DNA from: an uncultured virus (IMG/VR IMGVR_UViG_3300044631_003060)
Lineage: Duplodnaviria > Heunggongvirae > Uroviricota > Caudoviricetes
Reading direction: 5' to 3' (one strand)
IMG/VR virus record: IMGVR_UViG_3300044631_003060
DNA: 20,000 bases
Both the position numbers and the translations under genes were made by a program. The notes under the pieces are model-generated. The model searched no databases and was not told the origin of the DNA. It saw nothing but the letters and a program-made list of their open reading frames with translations. Below, one piece after another: positions 1 through 8,743 of this stretch (the first letter of the stretch is position 1; each line of letters opens with the position of its first letter).

Positions 1-947
1 TCAATGTAATCTTGAGCAGGTTTACCATATACAAATGCGTTGTACCCGCTATATGCCGTTGGTTCTACAAGCGTATTATCGGGATAATATTCACTAAAAT
101 ACGCTATGGCTATCTTATCGTAAAAATCGCCACCATAATCGGTAAAACCAAAAGCAATTACGGGCGTGTCCGTTTCTTGAATAACATCACCCTCTATACC
201 AATCGCTTTGCGTAGTTTTTCTTTTAATTCCTCGGAAGCAAATTCATCGGATAAATTCTTAACTCTTGCGCTCTCTCCCGATATACCGCCTCTACTAAAT
301 TTTATTTTAATTCTTCCACCATGAGAGTATTTAGCCATTTCTTTCAATTCGGCTTTTACTCGTTTTGCGGTTTCGCCTCTCCAAGTGCTTGCGTTAGCCA
401 AAAAGTAATTTACTATTGACCTACCATCATCCATACCATAATTATCGTCAATACTATTCATTGTGGACATAGCGTCTAAATATGGTTTAGCACCAAAATA
501 TACATTTTTCCAATCGGCACGAATTTCGGCGGCAATAACATGTAGCGGTCTTTTGGTAGTTCCACCATGAGCATAATATTTGCCTTTGAGCAAGCCATTA
601 TATAATTTTTTAGCGTTTACGGGTGTAAAATTCAAGTCGCGTTGCAAAGTAGTTTCGTCGCCATTGTAACTATAAAGTTTTTCGTTTTCTAACTCCTTTC
701 GAGAAACACTACCGATTTCTACATCTAAAATTTCATAGTCCACAATAGCCCAAATATAATCGGGGTCATTAGGGTCGGAATTTAATAAATACCAATTACC
801 AAAACCGAATGGGTTTACTATTTTTGCCACGACCATTTGTTTTGATAGGTCGTTACCCATTGGATATTGTTTAAAAAGCATCTTGTCAATAGATGCGGTA
901 AATAGTTTCGGGCTATGGTTGCGTAGTGGTTTAAGTTTATCTCTCAT
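1..947 (-). CDS. Modular phage protein, partial (runs off the left edge): N-terminal DUF2958-like domain, a second compact phage domain and a third module, separated by YAHGG / YSHGG / FSRGG motifs
   Basis: Not in the ORF track. I translated it from ATG at 947-945, which overlaps the end of the upstream gene, with no stop before base 1: MRDKLKPLRNHSPKLFTASIDKMLFKQYPMGNDLSKQMVVAKIVNPFGFGNWYLLNSDPNDPDYIWAIVDYEILDVEIGSVSRKELE...QRDLNF...KYYAHGG TTKRPLHVIAAEIRADWKNVYFGAKPYLDAMSTMNSIDDNYGMDDGRSIVNYFLANASTWRGETAKRVKAELKEMAKYSHGG RIKIKFSRGG... The VVAKxxNPxGxGxWY...ExGxxSxxELE...RDLxF pattern matches my recollection of DUF2958. Confidence 0.85.
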   Translation of the reverse strand, partial: MRDKLKPLRNHSPKLFTASIDKMLFKQYPMGNDLSKQMVVAKIVNPFGFGNWYLLNSDPNDPDYIWAIVDYEILDVEIGSVSRKELENEKLYSYNGDETTLQRDLNFTPVNAKKLYNGLLKGKYYAHGGTTKRPLHVIAAEIRADWKNVYFGAKPYLDAMSTMNSIDDNYGMDDGRSIVNYFLANASTWRGETAKRVKAELKEMAKYSHGGRIKIKFSRGGISGESARVKNLSDEFASEELKEKLRKAIGIEGDVIQETDTPVIAFGFTDYGGDFYDKIAIAYFSEYYPDNTLVEPTAYSGYNAFVYGKPAQDYI

Positions 948-3372
948 CGTTTCTGTGGGTTTTTGTTTTGGGCATTAGGTGTGTCAATTCACCACCTTTT
1001 GCATACTTAACTCCTTTTTTCACATATACGCCGTCTAATATGTTTGCGGCATCAATAAAGGTTGTCTTGCCTTTGCGTTCAACCTCTACCTCTTGTATCA
1101 TGTAATTTGGAACATAATTATACTTGCTCGACAATTTGCCTTTTAGCTTACCTCCTTTAGCAAATTCACCCGCTTCGTTTGAGTATGCTATATCGTCTAA
1201 TAGTATTAAATCGCCTACACCATCCTCTCGCTCATATCCTATTGGAGTGTCATTTGGAACTCGCTTATTTGTTTCTTTGTAAACATATTCTTGAAAATCG
1301 CCACTATCATCGCCCTCGGTATATATTATAACATAATCTTGATATTGTTTGGGATTTTGAGCAAATATTTTTTTAATATTTTTGCTTGTTAATGAATGTA
1401 CAGCACCGCCTTCGGCAAAACGCCCCGCACCAAACATGCCGCCATGGGCATTAAATCCCTGTGGTTTGTTTTTGATTAGTAAATAATAAACGCTACTTGG
1501 TACATCTTCTCTTGGTGCAGTATCCATACTATACCAAAGCATATATGCTTTTTTGAAATTTTCTTTTTTAATCATAAGCAAAATAGCTTCATGCTCTTTC
1601 TTGTCGGCACGCATCATTGCAACACCCGACTTATCGCCCTCTTTTTGATATTTTAATATTTTTTTATCGTAATTGGCAATATACTTCTCATAATCTTTTA
1701 CAACCTTTTCAAGATGTTTTTCTGTTTTGCCGCCTTTGGCGTAATGCTTACCGAGTTCTTCTAATGACAATACTTCAACAACCTCATATCCGTTGTTTTC
1801 CGTATCTTTTTTGAAAAGTTTTACGGCTTCTTGTTTTGCTTTTTCAACACTTGGTGCTTCCAAAGTATATGCTTCCGCCGTATTGTGTACTACACCTATG
1901 CCACTTTTTCTTTTTTCTCTCTTTGCTCCATACACGCGAATATGATAATATTTATTTCCGCTTTTGGTTGTTTCGAGTTCTTCTAATGACAACACTTCAA
2001 CAACATCATATCCGTCGTTTTCCGTATCTTTTTTGAAAAGTTTTACGGCTTTTTGTTTTGCTTTTTCAACACTTGGTGCTTCCAAAGTATATGCTTCCGC
2101 CGTATTATGTACTACGCCTATGCCACTTTTTCTTTTTTCTCTCTTTGCTCCATACACGCGAATATGATAAAATTTATTTTCGTCCACACCACCGCCTTTG
2201 GCGTATTTCTCGTTGTGTGCTTTGTGGGTTTTGTCAATGTATTCTAAAACCTCGGTAACTTTATTGTGTCCATATTTTTTTGCCATAGACGACCAAAGGC
2301 TACGGCTTCCAGTAACAACATCTTTTGGATTATGATAAGCATCCACCATTTTCTCAAAGTCTTTCTGGTCAATACCAAATGTATTTTCATACTCATAATC
2401 CTCACCCTCTTCAACATAACCGCCATGCGCAAACTTTTCGCGCATTTTGTACAAACGATTATATTCCGCCCCATTATCCTTGCTAAAATTTTCTTCCGCA
2501 TGATTTAAGGCGGCATAATAATTTTTTCTATTCTCGGCTATTAATCCCATGATACGATTGTATTCCGCACCATTGTCTTTGCTATAATTTTTTTCGGCTT
2601 CATTGAGTTGTGCATATAATTTGTCGGGGTCTACAATACCCCCGTCTTCAAATGTACCCGCACCATGTAACATGCCACCAAGTTTTAAGTATGGATATTT
2701 GCTACGACCAAATCTATCAACGCGGTTTTCGCGATACTCGTAATATGTGTTGCCTTCTTTAGAAATGCGCTTACCAGGCGTTTTGGCTTTGCGAGAAGCG
2801 TCGCGTTCTTTGTCCAATGGTCTTGTTTGCCAATTACCTTTTGAACCCGCTACAACAGTCGCACTATTGAGAGTAGGGTTTTTAGCAAGGAACTCTTGCA
2901 ACTTTTTGTATTGAGTATTGGCGTTTTTAACCGCTTTGGTTTTTTGGGCTTGTATCATTTGTCCCGCACGCTTTACCGCATCCGTCCATTTTTCTTCGCC
3001 CTTTTTGTAAATCTCTTTTGCCAATTTGGTAATGTTTCCCCTATCGGTAGGTTTCGCCGATGCCGTGCTTTTACCCTTTTTGGGTTGAACTACACTTGCT
3101 TGCGCTATTTTTTTAGCCATGGCTTGTGGCGTTTTTGGTTCGGGGGTTTTGGCTACCTTGCTTTTGATGCTTTCGGGATACTTTTGGGCAATATTGGAAT
3201 ACAATGCTTCCATACTATTTTCCGCTACTTTGTAAGCCTCTTTGCTATCCGCATCGGTGCTATTTTTTAATTTCGTGTCATTAAGATATTTTGCTATCTC
3301 TTTAACTTTCTCTACCGCTTTTTCGGGTAATTTGGACAAATCAATGTCTTTATATTTTTCTATTGGTGTCAT
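937..3372 (-). CDS. 811-aa modular Lys-rich protein segmented by about nine xxxGG motifs; putative virion-packaged polyprotein
   Basis: Long ORF abutting its neighbours in operon fashion. It contains LKLGG, FEDGG, FAHGG, YAKGG (x3), NAHGG, FAEGG and FAKGG, with mostly about 50-180-aa modules between them, plus internal duplications. Confidence 0.85.
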   Translation of the reverse strand: MTPIEKYKDIDLSKLPEKAVEKVKEIAKYLNDTKLKNSTDADSKEAYKVAENSMEALYSNIAQKYPESIKSKVAKTPEPKTPQAMAKKIAQASVVQPKKGKSTASAKPTDRGNITKLAKEIYKKGEEKWTDAVKRAGQMIQAQKTKAVKNANTQYKKLQEFLAKNPTLNSATVVAGSKGNWQTRPLDKERDASRKAKTPGKRISKEGNTYYEYRENRVDRFGRSKYPYLKLGGMLHGAGTFEDGGIVDPDKLYAQLNEAEKNYSKDNGAEYNRIMGLIAENRKNYYAALNHAEENFSKDNGAEYNRLYKMREKFAHGGYVEEGEDYEYENTFGIDQKDFEKMVDAYHNPKDVVTGSRSLWSSMAKKYGHNKVTEVLEYIDKTHKAHNEKYAKGGGVDENKFYHIRVYGAKREKRKSGIGVVHNTAEAYTLEAPSVEKAKQKAVKLFKKDTENDGYDVVEVLSLEELETTKSGNKYYHIRVYGAKREKRKSGIGVVHNTAEAYTLEAPSVEKAKQEAVKLFKKDTENNGYEVVEVLSLEELGKHYAKGGKTEKHLEKVVKDYEKYIANYDKKILKYQKEGDKSGVAMMRADKKEHEAILLMIKKENFKKAYMLWYSMDTAPREDVPSSVYYLLIKNKPQGFNAHGGMFGAGRFAEGGAVHSLTSKNIKKIFAQNPKQYQDYVIIYTEGDDSGDFQEYVYKETNKRVPNDTPIGYEREDGVGDLILLDDIAYSNEAGEFAKGGKLKGKLSSKYNYVPNYMIQEVEVERKGKTTFIDAANILDGVYVKKGVKYAKGGELTHLMPKTKTHRNDER
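1752..2179. repeat. Near-identical in-frame tandem duplication (two 206-bp copies, period 222 bp = 74 aa)
   Basis: Copies at 1752-1957 and 1974-2179, with 7 mismatches by manual alignment. Each encodes NK[FY]YHIRVYGAKREKRKSGIGVVHNTAEAYTLEAPSVEKAKQ.AVKLFKKDTEN.GY.VVEVLSLEEL. Confidence 0.95.
2452..2620. repeat. Degenerate 33-aa tandem repeat (period 99 bp)
   Basis: LYAQLNEAEKNYSKDNGAEYNR and YYAALNHAEENFSKDNGAEYNR. The DNA anchor attccgc occurs at 2463 and 2562. Confidence 0.85.
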
Positions 3373-3386
3373 ATTCTTTTTACAAA

Positions 3387-6300
3387 TTAAATATCATCGA
3401 GGTCAAGTTCGTCAAGTTTGTTTTTGATTTCTTTGGCTTTACTAATTTTTGGTTGTTTTGGTTTTGTTGTTTTAGATTTTGTTGTTGTAGTCGATGTGGT
3501 GAATGTAATACCATTTACCGACATGATAGTTTGCAAGAGTTCTTGCATTTTACCCTTATTAATATAATTTACAATTATATCGTCCAAAAGATAGGGATAA
3601 ATCCATACTTTAATCCAATTATCAACGCCTAAATTATCTTGCCCCGATATTCCTACTACAGTAAAAGCACTTTCGTCATAAGGCGTATAGAGCGTTGCTT
3701 GATATTGAGTATATCCTTTTGTTATCAAGCCGCTATCAATCAATTCTTCATAGTGTGGATTTGTGCTACCTAAAGCACTAAACATATAAAACAAGTTTAC
3801 AAATTGCACTTTTTCTTCAAGTGTGCGTCTTTTTTTGGATAATAAATCTTTTAATTGGGCTTCGGTTTTAATCGCACCAATATTCAAATCTTCCAACACA
3901 TCAAATTCTTCGTACCATTCGCTCGGAATTTTGGTCAATTTAGGTGTTGTTGTTGCGGGCGGTGTAGCGACTTGATTGCCTACATAATCTTCAACGTATT
4001 TTTCCGACCATTCTTTCACATATTCTTGTGGAACAATTATAGTATAATTAAAATCGTTGCTTTCCGCTATTCCTTTTAAAGGCTCGTACAAGTAATATAA
4101 ATTCGCTGTTCCGTATTTAGAAGCGTCATGTCGCATTTTCTTGATATACTCCTCATATTGAGGGGTATTCGGAATGTTTGACGGGTAAAATCCAAAAAGA
4201 AAATATTTATTTATATCATTTGGTGTTTCTATCGTGAACACTCTTCTTTTGATAGTAAAATCACTTATGGAAATATCTAAATTTCTTTTGATTTCTTCTA
4301 CCATGTACGCACTATGTGTGTTACCACCATCATTCCAATCATACCAATCTTCGTCCCACTTAAATATTGAAGTGGTTGCGGGTGTTGTTGTGGTGGTAGT
4401 TGGTGTAGTTCCGATGTTAAGATAAGCACGAAGTTTTACCCATAGATTTTCAAAAAACATGATTAGTTGGTCTTCGGGTAAAGTTATTAGTAGCCTATCA
4501 TTATTTGGCATTTTAACAACATGTGTTTCAATATCCCTATATCTTGGCGCTAAATAATCATTCACATAACTTGCCCAATCGGAATACATATCTTGTAGAG
4601 TGGTTAAAGCAATGTTGGCAATCGTAGCAAAATTGGGATTGCCGTTATTTTTTATTATCATTTCACGCAAATCGGTTGCATTCCCGTCCATGTCGGTAAA
4701 TTGCCTAAATTGAAAATCTATATCGTAATCGTCATAAATTACTCCAAATGTAATGGGTGTTAGATTATTATTAATCTTGTCAAAAAGCGCCATATCAAGA
4801 ACGCTATCGTTCCAATCAATATCAATTTGTGTAATTGGCGTTGTTGTCGTAGTGCTTGTAGTGGTCGTAGTTTGAGTAGTGCCTCTTTTTAATTTTAACA
4901 TTTTAGCAAAATCTTCCACAAACCTTGACCAAAACTCTTGTAATGTATCAAAAGGCAAAATAACTTTGGTGTCATACTTATCCGACCATTCATCTAAGCC
5001 GATATAGTTTTTATCAAAATCATCCGCGTAAACCTTAAAGCCTTCTTTGTTCATTGTATCGAGTATAGCATAAATTAGCGCACGAATATGTTGTAGTGTG
5101 TCTTTTGACGTTTGGTTGTTCGCTATATCCTCAAATATGATAGCTTTCAAGTCAATAACATCACGGGTGTTTTGCTCTTGAAATTGATATACGCCCATTA
5201 CTACTCCATATTCGTTGCGTAATATTTCTTCCGCATCAAAACCCGCTCCTTGTGTTTCGTTTACTTGTACAATAAAATTATTGTAAATCGCGGGTGTGCT
5301 TGCTTGGCTATCCCAATCTACCAAAACATCGTCCGACGACATTACGGCTTGAGGCGAGGTAGATTGTGGTTTGATAAGTTTGAAATCATACTTTGAATTA
5401 AAATCGTCTATCTTATCTACGGGTATTACAAGCAACAAATCATACGATGTGTCCGTAAGCATATCTCTCAACTCTTCATATTCGCTCCAAAACTTGCTTG
5501 TATCTTCATAGCTTTCTTCGGTTTCCGCCATCTCGCTTGTTAAATCGCTATATGCCCTTGACATTTTTTCGGTTTCGGGGGTAAACCTAACCAAAAGATA
5601 GTTTTTGGATACTCCCTTTTTCGTACTAACAAACTCGCGTTGGTCTATGGTTAATTCGGGGTTTTTAATGTCATATTTATTTTTGAACTCATGCAATTCG
5701 TCCACCATAATATCTTCGTACTTGTCGTCTATCCAAGTGAAGCCGTCTTTATATTTTGGCGTTGGTGTCGGTGTAATTATTTTTGTTTTTCTTGTCTTTG
5801 TTGGTTGTGGCGTTGTAGCGGTTGATACGGGTGTGTTGCCCATATATACTAACGGAGTTTGAGTGTTTCCCCAATCAATAGGTAATGCTTTTAATGTTTT
5901 TACAAACTCGTCTTTAAACTCCCCCATGTTTCTATACCTATAACTATATTCTACATCCTTTGCTTTTGATTGCAACTTGCTTATTTTGGTAGAAGCGTCC
6001 ATAGCCCTACTTGATGAATAGCTTGCATATAGATTTTGAATAAAACTTTCGGATATATATTCAAAAACTGGAGCATGACTTGCATCCTTAAAATTACTTA
6101 TATTGTCAAATGCTTTTTCGGGCGTTTGAAACGCGCCCATATAGTTAGCATATTTTAAGAAAGCTATGGCTCTTGGAGTTAATTTTATAGGAAATATCTT
6201 TTTGGCTTGTGCTTCGCTAAAATAGTTTGTAGCGTCTTTATTTAAAACCTCCATCACAAACAAATAATACATAATTGCATCGCCATAAGCTATCGTAAAA

Positions 6301-8447
6301 TAGTTTGCTTCGTCGGTATTTAATTTATTAATATTTACCCATCTCTCGAAAGCCATGGTTTTTAATTTAATGCTTTCATCCGACCTTGTTAAAACTATTT
6401 CATAATTTAAGGGCAACTCATTGTTTAATTGACTTACCAAGTATAATCTTAAATTATCTACATCTCTAAAGTCGGCGTATTGAGAAATTATTTTGCTTTC
6501 TTGCCCTATCTCATAACTTGTTGTTGCGGTTTGATTTTGAAACAAAAATGATTGCTCAACAAAATCTTTGGAGATAAATTGCGATATACCATCGACATTC
6601 TTTTCATAAGCTACAACATCTTCGCTATTGTCATTAAACCGCCAAGTAAATTGATTTTTTCTACGCGAGGTTTCTTGTTTCGCTACGGGTTCTTCTTCGG
6701 GTAGTTCTTGCTCTATTAAATAAAGCGCATAACTTTCGGATATAAGCGACTTAACTATATCTATGTATTCGGGGTTCTTTTTTGACAATTCGTTTATTCT
6801 ACCCCAATCAAGTGCCGATATAGTATTCAAAAACGTATCGTCATATTCCTCGCCCAAAACATCTATAATTGATTGATATGGGCTTGTTGCGGGTTGCGCC
6901 GCTCCCGTAGTCGTTGTTTTGGTGGTGGGTGAAACACTTAAAAACGCGTCCTTTATTATTTTGCGTATTTGCGGATAAATTTTTTGCGTACTCTTATCAA
7001 TATTTGCTTTTAGATATTCGTCCGTTATACAAAATATTTTTTGACCCGTAAACGGCAATTTGTCTATGTAGTTCAAAAGGTTTTGATATTCTACAACATA
7101 ATGACAAATAACATGTTCGCCTTTTTTATTGATAGCCAAACCCGAATATAAAATGATTAATTCTTCGCTTTTATTATTTATCTTAAACCTATCCCCAACA
7201 CCATAACTATTATCATTGTTTGCATCATCTATTGAAAAACAAGCAAAATATCCGCCGCCCGCGTAAGGTATTACGGGCATGCCATATAAATAATTTTCAA
7301 TAATTATATCTTCTTTCCACAAATCACCACGACTTATAGCAACTCCTTCATATTGATAGTATGTGGAATAATCAAGCGTATCAAACCCATCAAATTGAAA
7401 TTTTAATAAAGTACGAACTTCATTAGGGTTGGGGCTAAATAAGTTTTCTTGTGCGCTATTTTTGTTTTTAATTATGTATGCAAACGATTTACGATTTGAC
7501 GCATAAGAGCCTAAATCCATATTGCCTAAAGACATTCTATTTAACATGCCGTCGTCGCGCACAATACACAACTTATCAAATAGTACGTTGTCCGTAAAAG
7601 GCAAAACGGGCATAGGAAAAGGAGTATAGTTCAAAGATTGATATACCAACCCACTTGGTAATGCATCCCAAATATTGCTTATGCCAAATTTATTTCGGTA
7701 CTCTTCCCGTACACCATTACTTTTAATAGTTATTTCGGATTTTTCTTCAAAATATGAGTAGGCAACTATCTTATCCCCGCTATCTACAGGCTTTTTGGGT
7801 TTTTGTACTTTGATAGGTTCTATTCTTGGCAAGGGTTTTTCTTGCTTCATAAAAACAATACCCGATGGCTTTGGCATATTGATACTCCAATAAGCCATTT
7901 CCATATTGTCATATACGAAATTTAGAATATTGGTTTGCTCGGCGCTTGCAATGTTTTTAGAACTATCTAAAATCTTAGCAATACCTTGTCTTGTGTTTTC
8001 TATTAAAGACAAATACCCTACAACGGGATTGATTACAACACCAATCGGATATAACCTATCTTGTTTCGGTGCGCTCGCGCTTACGGCATCCGTGGACACT
8101 TCACGCTTAATAAATCCGATAGTCAAATAATCCTTGTTGGTCTTATTGTTGTAATATTTATCGCCTATGGAAATAGGTTTTTCCATTGTGGGAACATAGG
8201 TTGAAACCAAATCACTATCTAATATCTTACCATAACGCGGCTCAATAGCATTTATGCCCTTAATGTATGCCAATGCTTCTTTAGGGCTTGTTATTGATTT
8301 ATTTATGTTAAATACGGGATACTTGTCTATGTCGCCACTTGTGCTATATGCTAAATAGACAATGTTCCCGTCTATATCGGGTTCGGTTAGCGGTATTATA
8401 TATTTACCACCTTGTTTTATACCTATGTAAATTTCTCCTACTTTCAT
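3387..8447 (-). CDS. 1686-aa large multidomain protein with Thr/Pro-rich linkers and diverged internal domain repeats; function unknown
   Basis: Uninterrupted ORF. Linkers such as TTKTTTTGAAQPAT, TTQTTTTTSTTTTTP and TTPTTTTTTPATT separate acidic domains. It ends in ELDLDDI. Confidence 0.85.
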   Translation of the reverse strand: MKVGEIYIGIKQGGKYIIPLTEPDIDGNIVYLAYSTSGDIDKYPVFNINKSITSPKEALAYIKGINAIEPRYGKILDSDLVSTYVPTMEKPISIGDKYYNNKTNKDYLTIGFIKREVSTDAVSASAPKQDRLYPIGVVINPVVGYLSLIENTRQGIAKILDSSKNIASAEQTNILNFVYDNMEMAYWSINMPKPSGIVFMKQEKPLPRIEPIKVQKPKKPVDSGDKIVAYSYFEEKSEITIKSNGVREEYRNKFGISNIWDALPSGLVYQSLNYTPFPMPVLPFTDNVLFDKLCIVRDDGMLNRMSLGNMDLGSYASNRKSFAYIIKNKNSAQENLFSPNPNEVRTLLKFQFDGFDTLDYSTYYQYEGVAISRGDLWKEDIIIENYLYGMPVIPYAGGGYFACFSIDDANNDNSYGVGDRFKINNKSEELIILYSGLAINKKGEHVICHYVVEYQNLLNYIDKLPFTGQKIFCITDEYLKANIDKSTQKIYPQIRKIIKDAFLSVSPTTKTTTTGAAQPATSPYQSIIDVLGEEYDDTFLNTISALDWGRINELSKKNPEYIDIVKSLISESYALYLIEQELPEEEPVAKQETSRRKNQFTWRFNDNSEDVVAYEKNVDGISQFISKDFVEQSFLFQNQTATTSYEIGQESKIISQYADFRDVDNLRLYLVSQLNNELPLNYEIVLTRSDESIKLKTMAFERWVNINKLNTDEANYFTIAYGDAIMYYLFVMEVLNKDATNYFSEAQAKKIFPIKLTPRAIAFLKYANYMGAFQTPEKAFDNISNFKDASHAPVFEYISESFIQNLYASYSSSRAMDASTKISKLQSKAKDVEYSYRYRNMGEFKDEFVKTLKALPIDWGNTQTPLVYMGNTPVSTATTPQPTKTRKTKIITPTPTPKYKDGFTWIDDKYEDIMVDELHEFKNKYDIKNPELTIDQREFVSTKKGVSKNYLLVRFTPETEKMSRAYSDLTSEMAETEESYEDTSKFWSEYEELRDMLTDTSYDLLLVIPVDKIDDFNSKYDFKLIKPQSTSPQAVMSSDDVLVDWDSQASTPAIYNNFIVQVNETQGAGFDAEEILRNEYGVVMGVYQFQEQNTRDVIDLKAIIFEDIANNQTSKDTLQHIRALIYAILDTMNKEGFKVYADDFDKNYIGLDEWSDKYDTKVILPFDTLQEFWSRFVEDFAKMLKLKRGTTQTTTTTSTTTTTPITQIDIDWNDSVLDMALFDKINNNLTPITFGVIYDDYDIDFQFRQFTDMDGNATDLREMIIKNNGNPNFATIANIALTTLQDMYSDWASYVNDYLAPRYRDIETHVVKMPNNDRLLITLPEDQLIMFFENLWVKLRAYLNIGTTPTTTTTTPATTSIFKWDEDWYDWNDGGNTHSAYMVEEIKRNLDISISDFTIKRRVFTIETPNDINKYFLFGFYPSNIPNTPQYEEYIKKMRHDASKYGTANLYYLYEPLKGIAESNDFNYTIIVPQEYVKEWSEKYVEDYVGNQVATPPATTTPKLTKIPSEWYEEFDVLEDLNIGAIKTEAQLKDLLSKKRRTLEEKVQFVNLFYMFSALGSTNPHYEELIDSGLITKGYTQYQATLYTPYDESAFTVVGISGQDNLGVDNWIKVWIYPYLLDDIIVNYINKGKMQELLQTIMSVNGITFTTSTTTTKSKTTKPKQPKISKAKEIKNKLDELDLDDI

Positions 8448-8743
8448 TCGTATGTTTTTATCAAATCTAAACCTTTGATATACTCAATTCTATCGTTAAT
8501 AAATCTTATGCTATTCGCAAGTGGTTTAAGCGACCCGTCTTCATTGATTATGGTCATTGCAAAATCGTTCAATAGATGATTTAGTTGCATAGATGAAAAC
8601 TCGGTTACGAAAACAAATATATTTTTGTCCTTATCATAATATAGTTTATGTGGCATGTATCTAAAAGATGCGTGATTTCCATGCGAGGTAAAACTATTTA
8701 TAATTTCTCGTATTGCTTTATTTTGTTTTATGTTGGGTGTCAT
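8444..8743 (-). CDS. 99-aa hypothetical protein
   Basis: Fills the gap exactly. Its start overlaps the upstream stop at 8743, and its stop overlaps the next ATG (ATGA at 8447-8444), implying translational coupling. Confidence 0.75.
   Translation of the reverse strand: MTPNIKQNKAIREIINSFTSHGNHASFRYMPHKLYYDKDKNIFVFVTEFSSMQLNHLLNDFAMTIINEDGSLKPLANSIRFINDRIEYIKGLDLIKTYE

Noticed and set aside
1752..2179. 206-bp repeat pair as a diversity-generating retroelement TR/VR
   Set aside because: Mismatches are not confined to adenines of one copy, both copies are in frame in the same gene, and no reverse transcriptase is visible.
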